Source: a bacterium HR20 (lineage in GTDB: Bacteria; Bacteroidota; Ignavibacteria; Kapaibacteriales; NICIL-2). Taken from it: a DNA stretch of 44,970 nucleotides. Position 1 is the first letter of the stretch. Each line of letters begins with the position of its first letter. A program made the translations under genes and the position numbers. The DNA is taken from contig BEHW01000002.1 in the NCBI GenBank assembly GCA_002898675.1, positions 1-44,970 on the forward strand, written 5' to 3'. The notes beneath the pieces were generated by a model. It was not told the origin of the DNA. It ran no database searches and saw only the letters and a list, made by a program, of their open reading frames with translations. Below are positions 1 through 8,711 of this stretch, piece after piece.

Positions 1-1
1 A

Positions 2-196
2 GTGCGGATTATCCGCGATGGATTCGAGATCTACAAAGGCACCATCCAATCGCTCAAGCATCTCAAAGATGACGTACGGGAAGTCCGCCAAGGCTTCGAG
101 TGCGGTCTGACCGTTAGTGGATTCAACGACTACGCCGAAGGCGACATCATCGAGGCGTATCGCATCACCGAAGTTCAACGGAAGCTCGGACAGTAA
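2..196 (+). CDS. infB: Translation initiation factor IF-2, C-terminal fragment (gene continues off the left edge)
   Basis: The ORF is open from the window edge. The tail [52 protein letters not shown] resembles the conserved IF-2 C-terminal domain. It is followed by rbfA-truB, as in the canonical operon. Confidence 0.9.
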   Translation: MRIIRDGFEIYKGTIQSLKHLKDDVREVRQGFECGLTVSGFNDYAEGDIIEAYRITEVQRKLGQ

Positions 197-197
197 G

Positions 198-572
198 ATG
201 GCATCATTTCGCCCTGACAGAGTCGCCCGCGAAATCCAGCGGATATTGAGTCAACCGATCAGCGACGTTGCAGAACTCCATGGTGGAGGAATGATTACCC
301 TCACCGATGTGAAGGTATCACCAGATTTGACAATCGCGAAACTCTACGTCAGCGTCTTTGGAAATAGCCTCGGCGGGGAACGCATCGTTGCGCTCCTCAA
401 CGAGCAAGCGCAGCATTTTCGGTCGCTGCTTGCACCGCTCCATCTGAAAGTCATCCCAACGTTGCGGTTCTATCTCGACTCAACACTCGACGCGATGGAA
501 CGCATCGAGCAACTGCTCAAGCAACGTGAGGCTGGAAAATCTTCCGAAGGTAGCTCTTCAAGTGGCCAATGA
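198..572 (+). CDS. rbfA: Ribosome-binding factor A
   Basis: The ATG at 198 lies 2 nt after the infB stop. MASFRPDRVAREIQRILSQPI... and ...DLTIAKLYVSVFG are typical of RbfA. The track start at 117 would overlap infB and is rejected. The stop overlaps the truB start (ATGA at 569-572). Confidence 0.9.
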   Translation: MASFRPDRVAREIQRILSQPISDVAELHGGGMITLTDVKVSPDLTIAKLYVSVFGNSLGGERIVALLNEQAQHFRSLLAPLHLKVIPTLRFYLDSTLDAMERIEQLLKQREAGKSSEGSSSSGQ

Positions 573-1309
573 TACCGATTCTCTCCAGGAAAACAGACGT
601 GCGCGCGTGGCTGGAACGCTTGCCTTGCGAAGGGGGTGCAATTCTGGTGGATAAGCAGCAGCGATGGACATCGTTCGATGTGGTTGCCAAACTGCGCAGG
701 CTACTCGGCGTCAAAAAAATTGGTCATGCGGGAACGCTTGACCCTATTGCGACTGGCTTACTCATCGTGTGCATCAGGCGTGCAACAAAACAAGTGGATG
801 CCTTCCAAGCACTCGACAAAGAGTACCGCGTCGAAATCAAGCTTGGTGCACGCACCGAAAGCGATGATGCGGAAACACCTGAATACGAGACAACACCGAT
901 TGAACACCTTGAGCCACAAATGATCGTTGCTGCACTCGATCGCTTCATCGGTACGTTCGAACAAATTCCGCCAGCCTACTCAGCTGTCCATGTTAGCGGC
1001 AAGCGATCCTATCAGCTTGCTCGCCAGGGACGCGCAGTAGCGCTTCCACCACGCACCGTAACAGTACACGCAATCGAGGGTATCGAGATTACGCTTCCGC
1101 TGGTTCGGTTTACGGTCCGTTGTTCAAAAGGTACCTACATTCGTGCCCTGGCACGTGATCTGGGCAACGTTCTCGGCGTTGGTGCATACGTTACTGCGCT
1201 GCGGCGCACAGCGATCGGTAACTATCGCGTCGAAGATGCGTTGACAATCGAAGAACTTACAACATTACTCAGCGAAGGTAACCATGCAGATGTACCGCTC
1301 CATCGCTGA
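569..1309 (+). CDS. truB: tRNA pseudouridine(55) synthase
   Basis: 246 aa. It carries the catalytic-Asp motif GHAGTLDPIATGLL of the TruB family and sits in the expected position after rbfA. Confidence 0.93.
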   Translation: MIPILSRKTDVRAWLERLPCEGGAILVDKQQRWTSFDVVAKLRRLLGVKKIGHAGTLDPIATGLLIVCIRRATKQVDAFQALDKEYRVEIKLGARTESDDAETPEYETTPIEHLEPQMIVAALDRFIGTFEQIPPAYSAVHVSGKRSYQLARQGRAVALPPRTVTVHAIEGIEITLPLVRFTVRCSKGTYIRALARDLGNVLGVGAYVTALRRTAIGNYRVEDALTIEELTTLLSEGNHADVPLHR

Positions 1310-2285
1310 GGTGCCCTACAACCAGCGTTCTGTTGTAACGGTCGGAACGTTCGACGGTGTCCATCGCGGGCATCGCGCCATCATCGAGCGGATGCTTGCT
1401 GTTGCCCGCGATAGCCAAGCGCGGACAGTGGTAGTAACATTCGAGCCTCACCCACGTTTGGTCTTGCAGCGCTCGACGCAGCAGCCTATTGGTCTGCTGA
1501 GCACGCTTGCTGAAAAGTATGCACACTTGCAGCACCTTGGCGTGGATGTACTCGTTGTCATCCCCTTCACGTTCGAGTTTTCCCAAACACCGGCAGAAGA
1601 ATTCGTCCGCTCGGTGCTCGTTGAGAAGATTGGGCTGATGCACATCGTTATCGGCTATGACCATTCGTTCGGGAAGGATCGCCAAGGGAACCACGCGCTA
1701 CTGGAAAAACTGGGCGCAGAGCTTGGCTTCAGCGTCGAGTCTGTCCCGCCCGTATACCTTGACGGTGGCGAGTTGATTAGCAGCACAAAGATTCGCAGCG
1801 CGCTCCAGCGCGGCGATTTGGCAACAGCCAATGCCATGCTCGGCTACGCCTACAGCGTCGAGGGCATCGTCGTCCAGGGCGATGGACGCGGACGACGTCT
1901 GGGCTATCCGACCGCGAACATCGAGCTACTCGACCCCCACAAACTTCTCCCAGGATCTGGTGTCTATTGCGTCAGCGCGCCTCTTGACGGCCGGATCGTC
2001 CAGGGAATGGCAAATATTGGCGTACGCCCGACGTTTACTGATTCGGCGCACTTACGGCTGGAAGCCCACTTTTTCGACTTCAGTGGATACTTATACGACC
2101 GCAAAATCGTCCTACGCTTCCACTGCTACGTTCGGCAAGAACGGCGCTTCGAAAGCGTGGATATGTTCTGGTCTCAACTCCGTGAAGACCGCGAAACCTG
2201 CGAGCGATATTTCGCGACAGCTGAACCGTTTATGTCCAACATTTCTCCAGAGTCGTCCGATGCTCACCAAAGAGCGAAAAGCTGA
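1284..2285 (+). CDS. ribF: Bifunctional riboflavin kinase / FAD synthetase
   Basis: The N-terminal nucleotidyltransferase motif is [14 protein letters not shown]. The C-terminal riboflavin kinase region contains [11 protein letters not shown]. The ATG is at 1284. The last 26 nt overlap rpsO. Confidence 0.9.
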   Translation: MQMYRSIAEVPYNQRSVVTVGTFDGVHRGHRAIIERMLAVARDSQARTVVVTFEPHPRLVLQRSTQQPIGLLSTLAEKYAHLQHLGVDVLVVIPFTFEFSQTPAEEFVRSVLVEKIGLMHIVIGYDHSFGKDRQGNHALLEKLGAELGFSVESVPPVYLDGGELISSTKIRSALQRGDLATANAMLGYAYSVEGIVVQGDGRGRRLGYPTANIELLDPHKLLPGSGVYCVSAPLDGRIVQGMANIGVRPTFTDSAHLRLEAHFFDFSGYLYDRKIVLRFHCYVRQERRFESVDMFWSQLREDRETCERYFATAEPFMSNISPESSDAHQRAKS

Positions 2286-2526
2286 ACTCATTGCACAATT
2301 CGGCGGATCGCCGACCAATACCGGATCGCCGGAAGCGCAGATTGCGATCCTGACTGAGCACATCAACCAACTGACTGAGCACCTGGCAGTGCACAAGAAA
2401 GACCACCACAGCCGACGTGGACTTATTGGGTTGGTCAACAAGCGCCGCCGGTTGCTCAAGTATCTCCAGCGTGTTGATTTGGAGCGCTATCGCAGCATCG
2501 TCGAACAACTCAATTTGCGCAAGTAA
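2260..2526 (+). CDS. rpsO: 30S ribosomal protein S15
   Basis: 88 aa from the ATG at 2260: [15 protein letters not shown]...[15 protein letters not shown]...[14 protein letters not shown]. Only the last 88 codons of the 231-aa track ORF 1831..2526 are S15. Confidence 0.95.
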   Translation: MLTKERKAELIAQFGGSPTNTGSPEAQIAILTEHINQLTEHLAVHKKDHHSRRGLIGLVNKRRRLLKYLQRVDLERYRSIVEQLNLRK

Positions 2527-2543
2527 GAGCTCCGGTACTGGAT

Positions 2544-2622
2544 CTGCATCTCTGACATCACACTGGATGCAGGGTCGCCCTGCCATACCGTGAGCCGATT
2601 TGTTCCGAGCAAGTGCGGAACA
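2544..2622 (+). promoter_or_regulatory. Structured rpsO-pnp spacer: three hairpins, two of them mutually exclusive
   Basis: Hairpin A pairs CTGCATC (2544-2550) with GATGCAG (2566-2572). Hairpin B pairs GCAGGG (2569-2574) with CCCTGC (2578-2583) around a 3-nt loop. A and B share bases 2569-2572, so they cannot form together. Hairpin C pairs TGTTCCG (2601-2607) with CGGAACA (2616-2622) and is followed by CTGTTTGT. All three lie between the rpsO stop and the pnp ATG at 2654. Confidence 0.5.
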
Positions 2623-2653
2623 CTGTTTGTCATACTGTCTACGCAAAGCCAGC

Positions 2654-4900
2654 ATGGGAATTGTCAAGGTTTCTTGCCAGTTAGGTGGCAGAGAGTACTC
2701 CATCGAGACTGGACGTTTCGCCAAACTCGCCGATGGGTCCGTCATGGTGCAATACGGCGAGACAATGGTGTTGGTGACCGTCTGTGCAAGCCCGGATGTT
2801 CGCCCGGATGTGGACTTTCTTCCCTTGACGGTCGAGTACCGCGAAAAATCATCTGCCGCTGGAAAGATTCCTGGCAGTTTCTTCCGTCGCGAAGGGCGTC
2901 CGACGGAAAAGGAAATCCTCTCAGCACGATTGATTGATCGGCCGATTCGCCCAATGTTTCCTGAAGGGTGGCGTGCTGATACCCAAGTTGTTGCAACCGT
3001 CTTTTCTGCCGACGACAAGAACGAACCCAACTCGCTGGGTATGGTCGGTGCCTCTGCTGCGCTGCTGCTTTCGGACATTCCCTTCGATGGACCAGTCTCG
3101 GAAGTGCACGTCTGCAGGATCAACGGCACCTTCGTTATCAACCCGACCTACCAGGAACTGGAGGTTTCGGATATGGAGATCACCGTTGCTGGCACCGATG
3201 ACTCGATCGTGATGGTCGAGGGAATGGCCAAAGAAATCAGCGAGGATGACTTTATCGCAGCACTCGAATTTGCGCATGAGAACATCCGCGTCCTGAATCA
3301 ACTGCAACGCGAGCTTCTCGAGAAAGCAGGTGGTGGCAAGCGACCACACCGCCCGGTGCAAGCAATCCCCTGCCCACCTGATCTAGAGCACTTCATCCGC
3401 GGGCGCGTTACCGAACCGTTGAACCAGATGATCCACTCGTCGTCTTCGAAGGAAGCGCGCTCGGAGTTCCGCAAAAAGCTCCTCGATGAAACGCTGCTGG
3501 CAGTCCAGCAATTCGTCCTTGATCACGACGACTACGCTGAGCTACCAATCGTGCAGCTCACCAGTCGTGTCGTCAGCGACGTCGAGTACGAGCTGATGCG
3601 CAAAATGATCCTTACCGAAGGGCGTCGGCTCGATGGACGCGGCTTGACCGACATCCGCCCCATCACCTGCGAAGTTGGCCTGCTGCCTCGCACGCACGGA
3701 TCCGCACTCTTTACGCGTGGAGAAACGCAGAGTCTGACAACCGTTACACTCGGTACCAAGCAAGATGAGCAAATCGTTGATGGCTTGCTGCCGACCTACG
3801 AACGGCGATATATGCTGCACTACAACTTCCCGCCATACTCAACGGGCGAAGTTGGCCGGATGACTGGCGTCAGCCGCCGCGAGATTGGGCACGGCAATCT
3901 TGCCGAACGTGCCCTCCAGCCGCTCATCCCCAGTGAGGAAGAGTTCCCCTACACGATTCGCATCGTCTCGGATATCCTCGAATCGAACGGCTCCTCTTCG
4001 ATGGCAACAGTCTGCGCTGGCTCCCTTGCATGCATGGATGCGGGGATCCCGATCAAGAAGCAAGTTGCCGGCATCGCAATGGGCCTTATCACCGAGGGTG
4101 ACCAGGTCGCAATCTTGAGCGACATTCTCGGTGACGAAGATCACCTCGGCGATATGGACTTCAAAGTTGCCGGCACCGCTGACGGCATCACTGCCTGCCA
4201 AATGGACATCAAGATCAAAGGGCTTTCGCTCGAGATCGTTCGCCGAGCACTCGCACAAGCGCGAGAGGGCAGGCTGCACATCCTCCGCATCATGAACGAG
4301 TGCATTGACAAACCTCGTCCGGAGCTGTCGCGCTATGCTCCGCGGCTGACGACGATCAAAATTCCAGTTGAAATGATCGGAACAATCATTGGGCCGGGTG
4401 GCGCAACAATTCGTGAGATCACCAAGCAAACCAACACGGAAATCAGCATTGAGGAAGATGGCACTGTCATCATTGCTGCCGTCAACCAAGAAAATGCACA
4501 GATGGCTATTGACTGGATCAAAGGTCTCACGCGCGAACCCGAACTTGGCGAAGTCTATCACGCAAAGGTCAAGGAAGTCCGCGAAGGACTCGGCGCAATT
4601 GTTGAATTCCTCCCGAAAAAGCAAGGGTTGCTCCACATCTCCCAAATCGCTCACGAACGAGTGCACAACATCCTCGATTACGTCAAGCCAGGGGACATCG
4701 TCGAACTCAAACTCATCGAAATTCAGCCAGATGGCAAATTCCGACTCAGCCGAAAAGCGCTGCTGCCGCCACCGGAAGACGTAACCAACGGTGGTAATCG
4801 CTCCGGCGGAAGTGGTCGCTTCGAACGTCCGCCACGCTCAGGAGATAGCCATCGCCACAGCAGTCCACCTCGCTCTCCCCATCGCGGCGGAAGACGCTAA
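2654..4900 (+). CDS. pnp: Polyribonucleotide nucleotidyltransferase (PNPase)
   Basis: 748 aa from the ATG at 2654 (MGIVKVSCQLGGREYSIETGRFAK). It has two RNase PH-like halves, a KH motif IIGPGGATIREI and an S1 domain GEVYHAKVKEVREGLGAIVEF. The TTG at 2600 in the track is less likely. The C-terminus carries a basic, low-complexity tail. Confidence 0.95.
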   Translation: MGIVKVSCQLGGREYSIETGRFAKLADGSVMVQYGETMVLVTVCASPDVRPDVDFLPLTVEYREKSSAAGKIPGSFFRREGRPTEKEILSARLIDRPIRPMFPEGWRADTQVVATVFSADDKNEPNSLGMVGASAALLLSDIPFDGPVSEVHVCRINGTFVINPTYQELEVSDMEITVAGTDDSIVMVEGMAKEISEDDFIAALEFAHENIRVLNQLQRELLEKAGGGKRPHRPVQAIPCPPDLEHFIRGRVTEPLNQMIHSSSSKEARSEFRKKLLDETLLAVQQFVLDHDDYAELPIVQLTSRVVSDVEYELMRKMILTEGRRLDGRGLTDIRPITCEVGLLPRTHGSALFTRGETQSLTTVTLGTKQDEQIVDGLLPTYERRYMLHYNFPPYSTGEVGRMTGVSRREIGHGNLAERALQPLIPSEEEFPYTIRIVSDILESNGSSSMATVCAGSLACMDAGIPIKKQVAGIAMGLITEGDQVAILSDILGDEDHLGDMDFKVAGTADGITACQMDIKIKGLSLEIVRRALAQAREGRLHILRIMNECIDKPRPELSRYAPRLTTIKIPVEMIGTIIGPGGATIREITKQTNTEISIEEDGTVIIAAVNQENAQMAIDWIKGLTREPELGEVYHAKVKEVREGLGAIVEFLPKKQGLLHISQIAHERVHNILDYVKPGDIVELKLIEIQPDGKFRLSRKALLPPPEDVTNGGNRSGGSGRFERPPRSGDSHRHSSPPRSPHRGGRR

Positions 4901-4975
4901 AATCCCTCACTGAGCCGTGCTGCCGCTATCCAGCGAAACTCAACGTGCGCAGAAAGTAGTACGCCCTCAGTCGCC

Positions 4976-5000
4976 CTCCTGCACGGCAGGAGCCTTGTAT
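4976..5000 (+). terminator. Candidate intrinsic terminator after pnp
   Basis: The hairpin CTCCTGC-ACG-GCAGGAG (4976-4992) has a 7-bp stem and is followed by CCTTGTATTT. It lies about 75 nt after the pnp stop. Confidence 0.5.
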
Positions 5001-5040
5001 TTGAAGGGAACTCTCGATCGCTGAAATTGCGCTCAGAATG

Positions 5041-5125
5041 TGCCCGGAGCGGGATTCGAACCCGCACGCTCCGTCTGGAGCCCAGGATTTTAAGTCCTGT
5101 GCGTCTGCCGTTTCGCCATCCGGGC
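5041..5125 (-). tRNA. tRNA-Leu (anticodon UAA), type II with a long variable arm; CCA not encoded
   Basis: The minus-strand sequence is GCCCGGATGGCGAAACGGCAGACGCACAGGACTTAAAATCCTGGGCTCCAGACGGAGCGTGCGGGTTCGAATCCCGCTCCGGGCA. The acceptor stem pairs GCCCGGA with TCCGGGC. The anticodon stem-loop is CAGGA-CTTAAAA-TCCTG, giving anticodon TAA. The T-arm is GCGGG-TTCGAAT-CCCGC, and there is a long variable arm. Confidence 0.92.
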
Positions 5126-5131
5126 CACAAG

Positions 5132-5139
5132 CAAAGATA
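5132..5139 (-). promoter_or_regulatory. Bacteroides-type -7 promoter box TATCTTTG for tRNA-Leu
   Basis: The plus strand reads CAAAGATA, so the minus strand reads TATCTTTG, a perfect TAnnTTTG match. It ends 6 nt upstream of the mature tRNA 5' end at 5125. Confidence 0.6.
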
Positions 5140-5237
5140 CATCGCCCGCTCGCGATGACGATGCTCGAACTACGTCTTCGAGGGCACGGAAATCGCAAGG
5201 CTTATTTTCGCTCCGCTTGTCATCTCCTACAAAGCGC

Positions 5238-8200
5238 ATGGCTGACTTTGTTCATTTGCACAACCACTCTCACTATTCCCTCCTCGATGCAATCGCAACA
5301 CCGGAACAGCTGGTCACTGCTGCACTCAACGACGGGCAGCCAGCAGTGGCACTGACCGATCACGGTGTCATGTTCGGGTGCATGGAGTTCTTTTTCGCAG
5401 CGAAAAAACGCGGTATCAAGCCGATCATCGGTTGCGAGGTGTATTTAGCGAAAGGCTCGCGAACGGAGAAAAAGCCGATCAAGAACGGCGAGAGCAAGCG
5501 GGATTACTTTCACCTTGTGCTCCTGGCAAAAAATGAACAAGGCTACCGCAACCTCTGCAAGCTTGTTTCGCTCGGTCACACCGAGGGATTTTACTACAAA
5601 CCGCGCATTGATCGAGAGCTTCTTGCAGAGTACCACGATGGTCTCATTGCACTGAGCGCCTGCCTTGCAGGGCCGGTCAACCAACCGCTCCTTGCCCGCG
5701 ACTTCGAAACTGCTCGTGCAAACGCGCGGTGGTTCAAGGAGCTCTTCGGAGATGATTGGTATATCGAGCTTCAAGATCACGGGCTGCCGGAAGACAACAT
5801 CGTCCTAGAGCAGGCTCCGAAACTCGCTCGTGAGCTTGGTATCGAGCTTGTCGCTACCAACGACTGTCACTACATCCGCCCCGAGCATGCTGTTGCGCAC
5901 AACGTCCATTTGCTGATTCGAGAGGTTTCATCCTCGAATGCGGGCACGTTCGATGTAATGCAGCTCCGGTATCGCGTGCCGGAGTTCTACTTCAAAACTG
6001 CCGCGCAAATGAAAGAGCTGTTTGCCAAGTTCCCACGCGCAATCGAGAACACATTAGCCATTGCGGAAAAGGTGGTTTTCGATCCCACCTTCTCGCCCAA
6101 AATGCCGACGTTTCCAATTCCTCCCGATTCGACAGCACAGTCGCTCGACGAATACCTCGAAGAACTCACCCTGCGGGGATTGGAACGGAGGTACGGCCAC
6201 GTTACCCCCGAAATTGCCGATCGCGCTCGCTTTGAACTCGATGTGATCAAACGGATGGGATATTCGGGCTACTTCCTCATCGTGCAGGATTTCATCGCTG
6301 GTGCTCGCCAGCGAGGGATCAGCGTCGGCCCTGGACGAGGCTCCGCAGCTGGATCGCTTGTCGCCTATGCGCTCGGCATCACAAATATTGACCCACTCAA
6401 GCACGACCTTCTCTTCGAGCGATTCCTCAATCCTGACCGCATTTCGCTCCCCGATATTGACGTGGACTTCAACGATGAACGCCGCGACGAGGTCATCGAG
6501 TATGTCCGCACCAAGTACGGTGCCGATGCTGTCGCGCAAATCATCACGTTCGGCACCCTCTCGGCACGGCAGGTTATCAAGGACGTCGGACGTGTGCTCG
6601 GCATACCGCAGGCAACGCTCAACGAGATTACCCAGAACATCCCCGTTGTCTTGGGAAAAGTCACCAAGCTCAGCGACGCACTCAACCTTCCAGAACTGCG
6701 TTGGCTCCGGGATACCGACGATCCCAAACTCCAACAGCTCGTCGAATACGCACTTGTCCTCGAGGGTTTGGCGCGGAATGCATCGGTCCATGCAGCCGGC
6801 GTCGTGATTGCACCTGGCCCCATCACCGACTACGTGCCGCTCTATCAAACTCCTGGCTCCAATCCTACCACGCAGTACACGATGAAAGAGCTCGAAGCAG
6901 TCGGGCTCTTGAAGATGGACTTCCTGGGACTGACGACCCTTTCCATCATAGACCGCACTCTCGAGCAAATCAAGGAGAATTACGGCAAGACAATTGATCT
7001 CGACGCCATTGATTACAGCGATCCGGCGGTCTATGAAATGCTCAGTGAGGGCCATACACTCGCAGTCTTCCAATTCGAGTCGGAGAAGATGACCGAATAT
7101 CTCCGGCAGCTCCGCCCACGCAACCTCGAAGAACTCACCGCAATGAATGCGCTCTACCGTCCTGGTCCAATGGACAACATTCCGGAGTTCATCGATCGGA
7201 AATTCGGGCGAAAACCGATCGAGTACCTCCACCCACTCATGGAGCACCGGCTCAAGAATACCTACGGCATCATCGTGTACCAAGAGCAGGTCATGCAGCT
7301 TGTGCAGGACCTTGCCGGATTCACGCTCGCCCAAGCTGCTACCCTCCGCCGCGCGATGGGCAAAAAAGACGAAAAGCTCATGGCACAGCAACGCCAAGCC
7401 TTCATCGAGGGCGCCATGCGCACCAATGGCATTGAGCCACACCGCGCAGAGGAAATCTTTGACCTTATCCAAAAGTTCGCTTCTTATGGCTTCAACAAAT
7501 CCCACTCAGCTGCCTACGCATATCTGGCGTACCAGACAGCCTGGCTCAAACGCCACTACACCGCAGAGTTCCTTGCAGCGAACATGTCCGCCGAATTGGG
7601 CAAGCTCGAGAAAATCAACGCACTCATCGAAGAGGCGCGGAAATTCGGCATCACTGTCCTGCCTCCGGACATCAACCAATCGCTGGAGACATTTCGAGCA
7701 ACATCGCCCACGACGATCGTCTTCGGGCTTGCGGCGATCAAGAATGTCGGGCTCAAGGCAGTGCAGTCTATCATCGAAGCTCGAAAAGCAGATGGTCCAT
7801 TCCGCTCGCTCTACGATTTCTGCCGCCGTGTGGATACCCGTCTTGTCAACAAATCCGCCATCGAAGCGCTCATCGCAAGTGGTGCGTTTGATCGGCTCGG
7901 CGGCCACCGCGCGCAATTAGTCGCTGCACTCGACCAAGCTCTGGAATTTGCCAAATCCGCCACCGTTGTTGCACACGGAATGGATTCCCTTTTCGGCGAG
8001 GATGTGCTCGAACCTGTTGAGCCTCAATTGCCAGACGTTCCCCCTTGGAGCAAAGATGAGCTGCTCAGCCGTGAGCATGAAGTGCTCAACTTCTTCCTCT
8101 CCGGTCATCCGCTCGACGCCCATGCGCCCTTGGCTCGTGCGCTAGCGACTATGCAACTTGGGAAAACCGATTCCCTTCGGTCCGGTACAACAGTCCGCTG

Positions 8201-8693
8201 CTGCGGTCTTGTTACCCAGCTCCGAACAAAGCTCGATCGGAGCGAGCGCCCAATTGCATTTGCACTACTGGAAGATTACACCGGTGTTGGCGAACTCATT
8301 CTCTGGAACTCGGTGTACGAAACAGCCAAGGATTTCCTCCGCAAGGGCGCGCTCGTCGTTGCTGTCGGCAAGCTCGAACTGCGCGACGAAGCTGCCACAC
8401 CTCGAATCATCGTTGACGAACTTCTCCCACTCGAATCCGCATATGACCGAATAAAAACTCTCCACCTTCGGCTCGATGCACAAAGCGATCCATCAATCCT
8501 TGATCGCATCGTAACTCTCGGCCAGGGCGCAACAACTACTGTTGCGTTCATTGTAACAATCCTCCACGAGGGCGAAACGCATGCCCGCTACCACATCCCC
8601 AGATTTCCAATTCGGCTCGACAGCTCCACCATCGTCCAGCTGCAGCAGCTTGTCGGTGCGAATAATCTCACTCTCTCGGCAAACGAGGTCTAA
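5238..8693 (+). CDS. dnaE: DNA polymerase III alpha subunit
   Basis: The ATG at 5238 gives MADFVHLHNHSHYSLLD (PHP domain). The polymerase core includes FNKSHSAAYAYLAYQTAW, followed by a C-terminal OB region. The track start at 5217 is a TTG 7 codons upstream. Confidence 0.95.
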   Translation: MADFVHLHNHSHYSLLDAIATPEQLVTAALNDGQPAVALTDHGVMFGCMEFFFAAKKRGIKPIIGCEVYLAKGSRTEKKPIKNGESKRDYFHLVLLAKNEQGYRNLCKLVSLGHTEGFYYKPRIDRELLAEYHDGLIALSACLAGPVNQPLLARDFETARANARWFKELFGDDWYIELQDHGLPEDNIVLEQAPKLARELGIELVATNDCHYIRPEHAVAHNVHLLIREVSSSNAGTFDVMQLRYRVPEFYFKTAAQMKELFAKFPRAIENTLAIAEKVVFDPTFSPKMPTFPIPPDSTAQSLDEYLEELTLRGLERRYGHVTPEIADRARFELDVIKRMGYSGYFLIVQDFIAGARQRGISVGPGRGSAAGSLVAYALGITNIDPLKHDLLFERFLNPDRISLPDIDVDFNDERRDEVIEYVRTKYGADAVAQIITFGTLSARQVIKDVGRVLGIPQATLNEITQNIPVVLGKVTKLSDALNLPELRWLRDTDDPKLQQLVEYALVLEGLARNASVHAAGVVIAPGPITDYVPLYQTPGSNPTTQYTMKELEAVGLLKMDFLGLTTLSIIDRTLEQIKENYGKTIDLDAIDYSDPAVYEMLSEGHTLAVFQFESEKMTEYLRQLRPRNLEELTAMNALYRPGPMDNIPEFIDRKFGRKPIEYLHPLMEHRLKNTYGIIVYQEQVMQLVQDLAGFTLAQAATLRRAMGKKDEKLMAQQRQAFIEGAMRTNGIEPHRAEEIFDLIQKFASYGFNKSHSAAYAYLAYQTAWLKRHYTAEFLAANMSAELGKLEKINALIEEARKFGITVLPPDINQSLETFRATSPTTIVFGLAAIKNVGLKAVQSIIEARKADGPFRSLYDFCRRVDTRLVNKSAIEALIASGAFDRLGGHRAQLVAALDQALEFAKSATVVAHGMDSLFGEDVLEPVEPQLPDVPPWSKDELLSREHEVLNFFLSGHPLDAHAPLARALATMQLGKTDSLRSGTTVRCCGLVTQLRTKLDRSERPIAFALLEDYTGVGELILWNSVYETAKDFLRKGALVVAVGKLELRDEAATPRIIVDELLPLESAYDRIKTLHLRLDAQSDPSILDRIVTLGQGATTTVAFIVTILHEGETHARYHIPRFPIRLDSSTIVQLQQLVGANNLTLSANEV

Positions 8694-8711
8694 CCACCAG
8701 CTCAACTTCCA

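Noticed and set aside
1831-2259. Upstream 143 codons of the 231-aa ORF 1831-2526, as a possible long form of S15.
   Set aside because: This part overlaps ribF out of frame and has a Ser/Thr/Ala-rich nonsense-like sequence. S15 homology begins exactly at the ATG at 2260.
5041-5125. tRNA-Leu as a possible genomic-island integration site.
   Set aside because: No integrase, no duplicated tRNA 3' fragment and no foreign-looking genes flank it. It sits directly between pnp and dnaE.
4897-5355. ORFs 4897-5142(-), 4926-5198(-) and 5038-5355(+) spanning the pnp-dnaE spacer.
   Set aside because: All of them run through the tRNA-Leu gene or the dnaE start. They have no coding-like features. The tRNA and the promoter box explain the region.
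6054-7505. Very long antisense ORFs inside well-supported genes: 483 aa opposite dnaE at 6054-7505, plus 15042-16202 opposite speA, 3839-4666 opposite pnp, 20441-21280 opposite the TonB-dependent transporter, and 22796-23584 opposite pyrG.
   Set aside because: They lie entirely within, and antisense to, genes with unmistakable conserved motifs. Their translations are low-complexity (Arg/Ser/Asp/Glu-rich) with no recognisable motifs. Stop-poor antisense frames are expected from codon bias in GC-rich coding DNA.
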